From: an uncultured Gammaproteobacteria bacterium
Lineage (GTDB): Bacteria; Patescibacteriota; Patescibacteriia; 2-01-FULL-39-33
DNA: 64,000 bases
NCBI GenBank assembly: GCA_964558935.1
Contig: CAZLFP010000003.1
Coordinates: 39,684 to 103,683, forward strand
Direction of reading: 5' to 3'
Shown: one piece after another, positions 38,499 through 46,689 of the stretch
Position numbering within the stretch: the stretch's first letter is position 1
How the letters are laid out: the number at the start of each line of letters is the position of its first letter
The notes under the pieces: generated by a model
Told to the model about the DNA's origin: nothing
The model's database searches: none
The model's input: the letters and a program-made list of their open reading frames with translations, nothing else
Made by a program: the position numbers and the translations under genes

Positions 38499-38992
38499 TG
38501 AATAAAGGCTTTACTTTAGTTGAATTAATCATTTACATTGCCATTATTGGTCTCATGGTGGTGTCTTTTGCTACTTTTAGCATTGCCATCTCAGATTCAA
38601 GAGAAAAGTCATATGTCGTGTCAGAAGTCCATCACAATTTAAGGGATCCGTTTACCTTAATGACTAAGAGAGCCAGGTTTGCCAGTAGCGTAGTTACACC
38701 AACAGCCGGTAATTCTTCTACCACTCTGGAGTTAGACATGCCGGGAGCCAGTCCTAATTTAACCTTTAAAGTCATTGATGATATCTTAACTGTGCAAGAA
38801 GGAGTCGGTACACCCGTCGCTGTGACCAGTGACGAGGTTCAAGTCACTGAGTTAGCTTTTACCAATTATGCCAGTCCCGGCTTAAGATCCAATTTAAAAA
38901 TCGAGTATACGGTTGAATATGCTCATGAAGATGGAGATCCCATCTATACTTATGACAAAAGCATTGAAACCACAGTCAGAGTTAGAAAATAA
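38498..38992 (+). CDS. Pseudopilin / minor pilin
   Basis: Prepilin signal MNKG^FTLVELIIYIAIIGL. Its start overlaps the stop of the giant gene. Confidence 0.75.
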   Translation: MNKGFTLVELIIYIAIIGLMVVSFATFSIAISDSREKSYVVSEVHHNLRDPFTLMTKRARFASSVVTPTAGNSSTTLELDMPGASPNLTFKVIDDILTVQEGVGTPVAVTSDEVQVTELAFTNYASPGLRSNLKIEYTVEYAHEDGDPIYTYDKSIETTVRVRK

Positions 38993-38993
38993 T

Positions 38994-39401
38994 ATGAATA
39001 TTTTAAACAATCAAAAGGGAATAGCGGCTTTTCTGGTGATTGTGATGATTTCGGCCGTAGCTTTAATTATGGCATATTCAGCAGCTATCTTAGGTTTGGG
39101 TGAAATTGAAATGGGTTTTGACTCGCAACAAGGCGGACAGGCTTTTGCCCTTGCCGATGGTTGTATTGAAGAAGCCATGCGCAGATTGAGATTGGACACT
39201 GATTACACAGGCAGTTCTTTGAGTTTTGGAGCCAATTCCTGTATAATTAGTGTAACCGGAGCTGGCAGTAATCGTACTATATATACTACCAGTACTGTTG
39301 GTGAATATTATAAAAAGATTGAAGCTCAAGTTTCTTTTACAGACAGTCCGACAACTGGTGTAGTTTTAAGTTTAGACAGTTGGGAAGAAAGCGATCAATA
39401 G
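38994..39401 (+). CDS. PilX-like minor pilin
   Basis: N-terminus MNILNNQKGIAAFLVIVMISAVALIMAYSAAILGLGEI is PilX/GspK-like. Start chosen at 38994, because the track start at 38913 would overlap the previous gene by 80 nt. Confidence 0.55.
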   Translation: MNILNNQKGIAAFLVIVMISAVALIMAYSAAILGLGEIEMGFDSQQGGQAFALADGCIEEAMRRLRLDTDYTGSSLSFGANSCIISVTGAGSNRTIYTTSTVGEYYKKIEAQVSFTDSPTTGVVLSLDSWEESDQ

Positions 39402-39406
39402 CAGAC

Positions 39407-40750
39407 ATGTTACAATACGGCCAACAATCTGTAGGTATCGATATTTCAGATCAAACCATTGAGGTGGCTGAAATTCTTAGTGGTTTTCGCAAAAAAATCA
39501 CGAGCTTGGGTCAAAGAAAATTACCAACCGGTTTGGTGGAAAGGGGTAGAATAAAAGATGTCAAAGCTTTAACCAAGGAATTGGATGCCTGTTTCAAACA
39601 AGCCAAACCCAAACCCATTAATTATCGACGAGCTGTTTTTTCTTTGCCGGAAAGCCAAGTTTATACGCATGATTTTATCCTTAAGGAAGCTAACAAAAAG
39701 AAATGGGAGGATCTGATCAAACAAGAAGCACTGGCTAATTTTCCCATTCCTGAGAATGATTTGGTTTATGCCTATACCATACTCACTCACAACAAGCAAG
39801 GAGCCACGGTTTTGTTGGCAGCCAGCAGTTACCAAGTGATTAATGAATGGCGAGCATTCTTTCGACAAGCTAAAATCCGAGTTGATTATTTTGCGGTTGA
39901 AGCTTTGGCTATCTTCAGAGGTTTGTTTGTCGGTGGTGTTAAAGAGCCGGTGGCTATAATTGATTTGGGAGCTTATACAACTTTAATCTCTATCTTTGAC
40001 AAACATGGTTTGGAATTCACTTATTCCGTGAATACAGCCGGCAACAGATTGAACAGTGAAATTGCCAAAGCTCTTAATATAGGTCAGGATCAAGCTGAAA
40101 AAATGAAGATTAAGCTGGGTCTTACAGATCCGGACAGCCAGGTTTTCAATGTTATTTTAAAGACTTTGGAGAAAATTACAAGAGGTATTGATGTGTCTGT
40201 GGATTACTACCAGAACAAGTCAGGTCAACAAATAAAAAAAGCGGTGTTAATTGGGGGTACGAGCCGATTAAAAGGCTTATTGGAATACTTTCAGAGTAAT
40301 TTAGAGTATGAGGTACAATTGGGTTCATCCAAATTGTTTAAAACCCATAAACTGGACTTGGGCTATATTGAAGCCATTGGTTTGGCCAATATTGGATTAA
40401 AAGAAAAATGGTTGAAAAAAGACCCGGTCTTTGTATTAAAAGATGTTAAAAAACCGTCAAAAAAGTCTAAATCTAGCGGAAAAAAAGCGGGAAAAAAGAC
40501 TCGGGATGTTGAGTCGATGTCTAGCGAGTATTATACTCTTGAGGATCAGGAAATTGAATTTGAAGCGAAAAAATTGCGCCGACAACAGATTACTTTTTTA
40601 ATTATTGTTATCATTGGAGCGATCGCTATCAGTTTGGCTTTTTGGTACCAGAATGAACAGAAGAAAAAGAAAGCCCAGGAATATGAACAGCAACTGGAAA
40701 CTTTTTTGGAAGATCGGCAGCGTGAGATTCAGTACAATATTGAACAGTAG
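39407..40750 (+). CDS. PilM-like actin-fold assembly protein fused to a Lys-rich linker and a C-terminal TM anchor (PilM-PilN-like fusion)
   Basis: N-terminus SVGIDISDQTIEVAEI matches the PilM fold. C-terminus has KKPSKKSKSSGKKAGKK followed by a TM (ITFLIIVIIGAIAISLAFWY) and a coiled coil. No separate pilN or pilO in this locus. Confidence 0.75.
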   Translation: MLQYGQQSVGIDISDQTIEVAEILSGFRKKITSLGQRKLPTGLVERGRIKDVKALTKELDACFKQAKPKPINYRRAVFSLPESQVYTHDFILKEANKKKWEDLIKQEALANFPIPENDLVYAYTILTHNKQGATVLLAASSYQVINEWRAFFRQAKIRVDYFAVEALAIFRGLFVGGVKEPVAIIDLGAYTTLISIFDKHGLEFTYSVNTAGNRLNSEIAKALNIGQDQAEKMKIKLGLTDPDSQVFNVILKTLEKITRGIDVSVDYYQNKSGQQIKKAVLIGGTSRLKGLLEYFQSNLEYEVQLGSSKLFKTHKLDLGYIEAIGLANIGLKEKWLKKDPVFVLKDVKKPSKKSKSSGKKAGKKTRDVESMSSEYYTLEDQEIEFEAKKLRRQQITFLIIVIIGAIAISLAFWYQNEQKKKKAQEYEQQLETFLEDRQREIQYNIEQ

Positions 40751-40831
40751 TGGATAATTTAGGACATTTGCTTGTATTTTAAACTGTGTTATAATATAAT
40801 TAACATAAATATTAGAAATAAGTTTGCTACT

Positions 40832-41323
40832 ATGAAAAAAACTGGTTTTACCTTAATTGAATTATTAATTGTGATTGCCATTATTGCAATTATCGCAGCT
40901 GTGGCTTTTGTGGCTTTGGATCCTCTAACACGTTTTAGAGACTCAAGAGATTCAGCCAGATGGTCTGATGTAACGGCTATGTTATCTGCGATTGTGGTTG
41001 ATCAGGTTGACAATGGAGGTAATTATCTCTGGTCGATTCAAAATGCGACAACGGCGACAAATGTTATGATCAGCAATGCTACCACTACCACTGGTTGTAA
41101 TGCCACTGCTTGTGATACAGCCGTAACCAGTACAGCTGCTTGCATTAACATGCAAGGCTTGGTGGATGAGGGTTATCTGGGCACTATGCCAGTTAGTCCG
41201 AACGGCAGCGGCAGCTGGGATTCCGCTTTAACCGGTTATTATTTGACCAAGAACACGAATGGCTCGATTACAATCACGGCATGCGAAGCTGAGAATTCCG
41301 GTACAATCAGTTTGACAAGGTAA
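40832..41323 (+). CDS. Type IV pilin paralog 1 (Thr/Ala/Asn-rich globular domain, three Cys in the C-terminal half)
   Basis: Prepilin signal MKKTG^FTLIELLIVIAIIAII. Start chosen at 40832, not the track start at 40772. Preceded by an AT-rich promoter-like region. Confidence 0.85.
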   Translation: MKKTGFTLIELLIVIAIIAIIAAVAFVALDPLTRFRDSRDSARWSDVTAMLSAIVVDQVDNGGNYLWSIQNATTATNVMISNATTTTGCNATACDTAVTSTAACINMQGLVDEGYLGTMPVSPNGSGSWDSALTGYYLTKNTNGSITITACEAENSGTISLTR

Positions 41324-41339
41324 GAAATTTATAATCTAA

Positions 41340-41852
41340 ATGCGGAGGCTTAAGGATCAAAGAGGTTTAACTTTAATAGAGCTGCTAGTCGTTGTAACGA
41401 TATTGGGTATACTAGCAGCTGCTATTTTTGTGGCTTTAAATCCGGTTAAATTGTTTAAAGACTCCAGAGACGTGGTCAGAAGGCAGGATGTGGAAACGAT
41501 TCTAACGGCAATTGGTTTGTACCAGGTTAACAGCGGAGGTATTAATCCGACCGAGATTCAGGGTTTAACTGCGGGTCGAGTGTATATGATCACCGACGGA
41601 GCCCAAGCCACCGGCTGTGATGATTACGGAACCAATGGCTGTGATACCGAGGTATACGGTGATAGTTATTGTGCTGATTTGGATGAATTGGTGGATAATG
41701 GCTATTTGGGCGATATTCCGATCAGTCCCACCGGCACGACCACTTGGTCTGAAGACATGACCGGTTACACGATTGAAAAATCATCCAACGGCAACATCTT
41801 CATTCGAGCCTGTGAATCTGAAAGCGGAGATGAAATTTGGGTAGTAAGATAA
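41340..41852 (+). CDS. Type IV pilin paralog 2
   Basis: Prepilin signal QRG^LTLIELLVVVTILGILAAAIFVALNP. Shares DSRD, GLYQV and C-terminal GYLGDIPISPTGTTTWSEDMTGYTIEK blocks with paralog 3. Confidence 0.85.
   Translation: MRRLKDQRGLTLIELLVVVTILGILAAAIFVALNPVKLFKDSRDVVRRQDVETILTAIGLYQVNSGGINPTEIQGLTAGRVYMITDGAQATGCDDYGTNGCDTEVYGDSYCADLDELVDNGYLGDIPISPTGTTTWSEDMTGYTIEKSSNGNIFIRACESESGDEIWVVR
41703..41770 (+). repeat. 68-nt exact repeat (copy 1) shared by pilin paralogs 2 and 3
   Basis: TATTTGGGCGATATTCCGATCAGTCCCACCGGCACGACCACTTGGTCTGAAGACATGACCGGTTACAC is identical to 42199-42266. Confidence 0.9.
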
Positions 41853-41853
41853 T

Positions 41854-42348
41854 ATGAATACAAAAGGTTTAACTTTAATTGAATTATTGATCGTGGTGGC
41901 CATTTTGGCCATTTTGGCTTCAATTATTTTTTTAGCTTTGAATCCGGTTAAGAGATTCCAAGATTCTCGCGATGCGGTTAGAGCTGAAGATATTGAGAAT
42001 ATCATTAATGCCATTGGTTTGTACCAGGTGGATAATGGTGGTATTTTGCCGTCTGAAATTCAAGGTTTGACAGCTGACAGAGTGTATATGATTACCGACG
42101 GAGATGAAACCAGCGGTTGTGATGATTATAATGATTGCGATACGGAGGTGTATGCAGATAACTACTGTGCTGATTTGGATATTTTAGTCACGGAAGGTTA
42201 TTTGGGCGATATTCCGATCAGTCCCACCGGCACGACCACTTGGTCTGAAGACATGACCGGTTACACAATTGAAAAGACAGCAGCCGGTAATATTTTTATT
42301 CGTGCTTGTGAATCTGAGGGCGGGGATGAGCTTTGGTTATCCAGATAA
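41854..42348 (+). CDS. Type IV pilin paralog 3
   Basis: Prepilin signal NTKG^LTLIELLIVVAILAILASIIFLALNP. C-terminal 26 aa are identical to paralog 2 (24-codon conversion tract, two silent differences). Confidence 0.85.
   Translation: MNTKGLTLIELLIVVAILAILASIIFLALNPVKRFQDSRDAVRAEDIENIINAIGLYQVDNGGILPSEIQGLTADRVYMITDGDETSGCDDYNDCDTEVYADNYCADLDILVTEGYLGDIPISPTGTTTWSEDMTGYTIEKTAAGNIFIRACESEGGDELWLSR
42199..42266 (+). repeat. 68-nt exact repeat (copy 2)
   Basis: Identical to 41703-41770. Flanks diverge except for about 10 further nt with two mismatches. Confidence 0.9.
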
Positions 42349-42363
42349 TTGATGAGTGTTAAA

Positions 42364-42386
42364 CCAGCTCATAAGAGCTGTTTTTT
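42364..42386 (+). terminator. Rho-independent terminator closing the pilin paralog array
   Basis: CCAGCTC-ATAA-GAGCTG hairpin followed by a T6 run. Confidence 0.8.
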
Positions 42387-42419
42387 GATTTCTGGCGATT
42401 TTTTTGCTAAGATAAAGTC

Positions 42420-43157
42420 ATGATTTATGCATTAATTAGTGTTTTCTTAGTCAGTTTAACGGCTTTTATTGGAGCTTTAAGCTTGGCTTTAACAGATAAG
42501 TTGCTTAAGAAAGTCATCATTTATTTAGTGGCTTTTTCTGCCGGCGGTTTGCTGGGTGGCGCTTTTTTTCATTTAATTCCTGAATCATTGGAAGATATTT
42601 CAGATCCTGATTTATTGTTTGTTTATGTGTTGGTAGGTTTTAGTTTGTTTTTTATCTTGGAAAGAATATTAAGATGGCACCATTGCCACCAACCCGACTG
42701 TCAAACTCATCGTCATCTGGGATGGATGAATTTGGTGGGAGACGGCATTCATAATCTGATTGACGGGTTGGTGATTTACGCTGCCTTTGCAGTTGGTCCT
42801 GAGTTGGGTATTCCTGTCACCGTGTCCATTATTTTTCACGAAATACCACAGGAATTGGGAGATTTTGGAGTACTGATTTATGCCGGTTTTTCTAAAGCCA
42901 GAGCTTTGATGTATAATTTTATTTCAGCTCTGTTTGCGGTCTTCGGTGTTTTAATTGGTTTTTTTGTATTTAATCTGACACAGTGCGGCAGTTGCTTTTT
43001 ATTGCCTTTAGCGGCCGGTGGTTTTATTTATATCGCAGCTTCAGATTTAATACCGGAAATTCATAAGCAAGAGCAGAATGTAAAAGCTGTCATTTCGTTT
43101 TTTGTCTTTATTTTGGCAGCTGTCATGATGCTCGTCATTAAAATATTAAGTCATTGA
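42420..43157 (+). CDS. ZIP-family metal (zinc) transporter
   Basis: 8-TM protein with ZIP signature HNLIDGLVI and HEIPQELGDF, plus a His-rich loop (WHHCHQPDCQTHRH). Confidence 0.85.
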   Translation: MIYALISVFLVSLTAFIGALSLALTDKLLKKVIIYLVAFSAGGLLGGAFFHLIPESLEDISDPDLLFVYVLVGFSLFFILERILRWHHCHQPDCQTHRHLGWMNLVGDGIHNLIDGLVIYAAFAVGPELGIPVTVSIIFHEIPQELGDFGVLIYAGFSKARALMYNFISALFAVFGVLIGFFVFNLTQCGSCFLLPLAAGGFIYIAASDLIPEIHKQEQNVKAVISFFVFILAAVMMLVIKILSH

Positions 43158-43158
43158 T

Positions 43159-43425
43159 ATGCGAGTTATTAAAGTTGGGGCCGATTGGTGCCCGGAATGT
43201 TTAATCATGAAGCCTCGGTGGGCTGAAATTGAGCAAGAATTGACTTGGCTCCAGACGGAGTTTGTCGATTTGGACCAACAGTCAGCTATTAAGCAAAAGT
43301 ACCAGATAGACAAGGTGCCGGTTTTTATTTTTTTAGACAAAAATGGTCAGGAATTCGCACGCAAAGAGGGTTTGGTGGAAAAGAAAGACCTTATTGATTT
43401 TATTCAGCAAAACCGAGACAAGTAA
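43159..43425 (+). CDS. Small thioredoxin-like protein
   Basis: 88 aa with active site WCPEC and a thioredoxin-fold length. Confidence 0.75.
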   Translation: MRVIKVGADWCPECLIMKPRWAEIEQELTWLQTEFVDLDQQSAIKQKYQIDKVPVFIFLDKNGQEFARKEGLVEKKDLIDFIQQNRDK

Positions 43426-43429
43426 GCAT

Positions 43430-44611
43430 ATGTTAAAAAAAATAGTTTATTGCATAATTGTGTTGTTAGGCCTAAGTCTAGGCAATCTCACTCAAGCTGC
43501 CGAGTCGGTTGAGTTGCATTTTTTCTATTCTCCCACCTGTCCACACTGTGCTGATGAGAAAGTCTTGTTGGATGAGTGGGAAAACAAGTATCCTGATTTG
43601 CAGATCTACAGATACAATATTGTGGAACCTGACACGGTGGATATTATTGGGGATTTCTACGCTCGTTACCAAGTACCGGCAGAAGAAAAAGGTAGGACAC
43701 CGGTTACTTTTATTCAAAAACCGAACAGCTTGGGTAAATATCTGTTGGGTTACAGCCAAGTGGCAGGTCAGGCCTTGGAAGAATATGTGGTGGCTCTAAT
43801 GGAAAACGGATTACACAACGGTGGTCAGGTAACAGATATCAGTTCCACAACCCAATTCACCCTTCCCTGGATTGGCCAAATAAATCCAACAGGTTTGTCG
43901 CCTTTGGCTTTAAGTATGATTGTGGGAGCCTTAGACGGCTTTAATGCCTGTGCCATGGTGGCTTTGGGTTTTTTACTCATGATTCTAGTTTCAACCGGTA
44001 TACGCCAACGCGTTTTTTGGATAGGTGGTACTTTTATTTTTGTTTCCGGATTGGTTTATTTTCTGTTCATCACCGCTTGGTTAAATTTATTTTTATTTCT
44101 AGGTTATTTAAAGGTCATTACAATCATTGTGGGCGTGTTTATCATTGCTTTCAGCCTGTTTGTGCTGAAAGATTATTTTTCGGGTATTGTGTGTCAGATT
44201 TGCCAAGTTAAAGAACATGAAGGTGTATTAACTAAGTTTCAAAGAAAATTGTTTGCCAAAATGACTCAGCTGGCTCAAACAGACATGCCACTGATTTGGT
44301 TACTGCTGGGAGTAGCGGTGGTGGCGGCCGGTATAAACTTAGTGGAACTGTTTTGTTCGTTGGGTTTTCCGTTGGCATACACTAAGATTTTAACCAATTA
44401 CCAATTGCCCACTTGGCAGTACTATGGCTATTTGGTAGTCTATGTGATCTTTTATATGCTGGATGATTTTTTAATTTTTGTCTTAGCTTTATTTACTTTA
44501 AGAGTCACAAAATTGAGTGACCGATATCTGAAGATTATTAAACTAATAAGTGGCATTATTTTATTGATTTTAGGCGTTTTAATCATCTTTCGTCCGGAAA
44601 TCTTAGCCTAA
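43430..44611 (+). CDS. Signal-anchored thioredoxin-like domain fused to a DsbD/CcdA-type transmembrane electron-transfer domain
   Basis: Signal or TM at the N-terminus, then a Trx-like CPHC motif (FFYSPTCPHCADEK). A multi-TM C-terminal domain has the conserved TM cysteines (GFNACAMVALGF and LVELFCSLGFP) typical of CcdA/DsbD. Start chosen at 43430. Confidence 0.65.
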   Translation: MLKKIVYCIIVLLGLSLGNLTQAAESVELHFFYSPTCPHCADEKVLLDEWENKYPDLQIYRYNIVEPDTVDIIGDFYARYQVPAEEKGRTPVTFIQKPNSLGKYLLGYSQVAGQALEEYVVALMENGLHNGGQVTDISSTTQFTLPWIGQINPTGLSPLALSMIVGALDGFNACAMVALGFLLMILVSTGIRQRVFWIGGTFIFVSGLVYFLFITAWLNLFLFLGYLKVITIIVGVFIIAFSLFVLKDYFSGIVCQICQVKEHEGVLTKFQRKLFAKMTQLAQTDMPLIWLLLGVAVVAAGINLVELFCSLGFPLAYTKILTNYQLPTWQYYGYLVVYVIFYMLDDFLIFVLALFTLRVTKLSDRYLKIIKLISGIILLILGVLIIFRPEILA

Positions 44612-44619
44612 AACGACTT

Positions 44620-45714
44620 ATGTACAAAATACTTGTTACAATCTGTTGTTTTTTCATCTGCTGGCCAGTCATGAGTTTGGCGAGCCAGGGTCAAACTTTC
44701 CAAGCCAGAGTTATTCAGATTCTTGAGACAAGACAGCTGACCACAGATCAGGGTCAAGTTGTGAGTCAACAAAATCTTAAACTCAAGGGTTTGTCTGGAG
44801 ACTACCAAGGACAAGAATTTAACTATTTGGGTATAGATGATTACCAACTTGTAGACAGCCAGGTTTACCAAATAGGAGATAAGGTTTGGGTGAGTGCTGA
44901 GTCAGACGTAGACAACCAGGTGGTTTTTTATGTTTTGGATCATGTGAGAACCAATAGTCTGTATCTGCTGATCTTGGTATTTTGTTTGGCAGTGATTCTG
45001 ATCGGAGGCTGGCAGGGCATGAGGTCTCTGTTGAGCTTACTCGTTAGTCTGGTCATTATCTGTGGATTGATTATTCCGGCTATCTTGAGCAATTACCCTG
45101 TCCTACCGGTGGGCATTGGCGGTGCCATGCTTATTCTCATCTGCATTATCTATCTCACTGAAGGTATTAATCTTAAGTCCCACTTAGCCATATTTAGTAT
45201 TTTAATCTGCTTGGTTATCACCAGTGCCCTAGCTGTAGTGTTTACGAATCTAACTCAATTAAATGGCTTGGCCCAAGATGAAGTGGCCTACCTCATTACC
45301 ATTCCCGGTTTAAACCTTAATTTTCAAGGTCTGTTGCTGGTCGGTATTATATTGGGCACTTTAGGTGTCTTGGACGATGTGGTGATTGGTCAAATAGAAG
45401 CTGTTAAGCAGCTTAAGATTGCTAACCAACAGTTAAGCCGGATTAAAGTTTTCAGCCTGGGTATGCAGGTCGGCAAGGCACACTTGGGTGCGATTATTAA
45501 TACCTTGTTTTTGGCCTATGCCGGTGCTGCCCTGCCTTTACTGCTCCTGATCAATCTCAATCCGACCGGGGTCAGTCTGGAGCAAATTTTAAGCAATCCC
45601 GTGATGATGACTGAAATTGTCAGAACCATTGTGGGCAGTTTAGGCTTGGTTTTAGCCGTACCCATAGCCACTTTTTTGGCCAGTCAGTTTCTCAAACCCG
45701 GCCAGTTGCAATAA
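44620..45714 (+). CDS. YibE/F-like multi-TM membrane protein with an N-terminal extracytoplasmic domain
   Basis: Signal peptide, ~110-aa soluble domain, then 7-8 TM helices. The assignment is tentative. Confidence 0.5.
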   Translation: MYKILVTICCFFICWPVMSLASQGQTFQARVIQILETRQLTTDQGQVVSQQNLKLKGLSGDYQGQEFNYLGIDDYQLVDSQVYQIGDKVWVSAESDVDNQVVFYVLDHVRTNSLYLLILVFCLAVILIGGWQGMRSLLSLLVSLVIICGLIIPAILSNYPVLPVGIGGAMLILICIIYLTEGINLKSHLAIFSILICLVITSALAVVFTNLTQLNGLAQDEVAYLITIPGLNLNFQGLLLVGIILGTLGVLDDVVIGQIEAVKQLKIANQQLSRIKVFSLGMQVGKAHLGAIINTLFLAYAGAALPLLLLINLNPTGVSLEQILSNPVMMTEIVRTIVGSLGLVLAVPIATFLASQFLKPGQLQ

Positions 45715-45762
45715 TCGGTTAAATGTAATAAAATTTAAGATACAGATAAGTAACACAAAAAT

Positions 45763-46602
45763 ATGTTTAATCCTTTTAAAAAGGCTCAAGAGCGAGAAAA
45801 AAAAGAACGTTCTTTCATTGAAGGCCTCAGCTACGGTCTAGGCGGTTCATTAATTATACTGGTTGTTATTCTGGCTATCATGTTTGCCGTTAACAGACAA
45901 CCGGAGCAAGTCACGGATACTCCGGGAGCGGATTTGAGAATTACCATTATTACGTCCAAGAATTGCCAAGATTGTTTTGATATTAACATGGTTTTAGACG
46001 CCATTTTCCAAGCTGATGTTAATGAAACAGGCAGAGAAACTTTATACATTGAAGATAAGGCTACTCAGAAACTGATAGATAAGTACCAGATTGAAAAAGT
46101 CCCATCTTTGTTGATTGCCGGTGAGCTGTATGAAAACGAGGAATTGAAAAGTTTTTGGCCGATTATCGGAGAAGTGGTAGATAATGTTTTTGTGTTTAGA
46201 CAACTTATCCCTCCTTACATAGAAACTGCCACCGGTAACCTGAGAGGTCGAGTGGAAGTCACTTATTTAACAGACAACAGCTGTCAGGAGTGCTATGATG
46301 TTTTTGACCATCGAGACGCTTTAACCGGTTTGGGCTTAACTTTGAGGCAGGAAAGTGAAATTGATGTTGATTCTGAAGCCGGACAAGCTTTGGTTGATCA
46401 GTATGGTATTACCCAAGTGCCAACCATTATTTTAACCGGAGATGTTGATGTTTACCAGTCTGTACAACAGATTTGGCCGATGTATGGTACGATAACAGCT
46501 GACGGGGCCTATGTTTTTTCAGCTCTGGATTTGATAGGCACTTACCGTGATTTGGAGACCGGTGAAATAGTCGAATTTGATGAGGCCAGTTTGACACAAT
46601 AA
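45763..46602 (+). CDS. Membrane-anchored protein with two tandem thioredoxin/DsbA-like CxxC repeats
   Basis: N-terminal TM, then two internally similar modules: ITIITSKNCQDCFD...IEKVPSLLIAG and VTYLTDNSCQECYD...ITQVPTIILTG. Confidence 0.5.
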   Translation: MFNPFKKAQEREKKERSFIEGLSYGLGGSLIILVVILAIMFAVNRQPEQVTDTPGADLRITIITSKNCQDCFDINMVLDAIFQADVNETGRETLYIEDKATQKLIDKYQIEKVPSLLIAGELYENEELKSFWPIIGEVVDNVFVFRQLIPPYIETATGNLRGRVEVTYLTDNSCQECYDVFDHRDALTGLGLTLRQESEIDVDSEAGQALVDQYGITQVPTIILTGDVDVYQSVQQIWPMYGTITADGAYVFSALDLIGTYRDLETGEIVEFDEASLTQ

Positions 46603-46628
46603 AGGGTTTTAAAAGTTTAAAGATATCC

Positions 46629-46660
46629 AACCCCGTTAACTGCTAGCGGGGTTGCTTTTT
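46629..46660 (+). terminator. Probable rho-independent terminator
   Basis: AACCCCG-(11-nt loop)-CGGGGTT followed by GCTTTTT. Confidence 0.55.
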
Positions 46661-46689
46661 AACCTTAAAATTGGTAAGATTTTAGTATT

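Noticed and set aside
38913-38993. Upstream start for the PilX-like gene (track 38913..39401)
   Set aside because: It would overlap the preceding pseudopilin by 80 nt. The ATG at 38994 lies right after that gene's stop and gives a typical PilX-like N-terminus.
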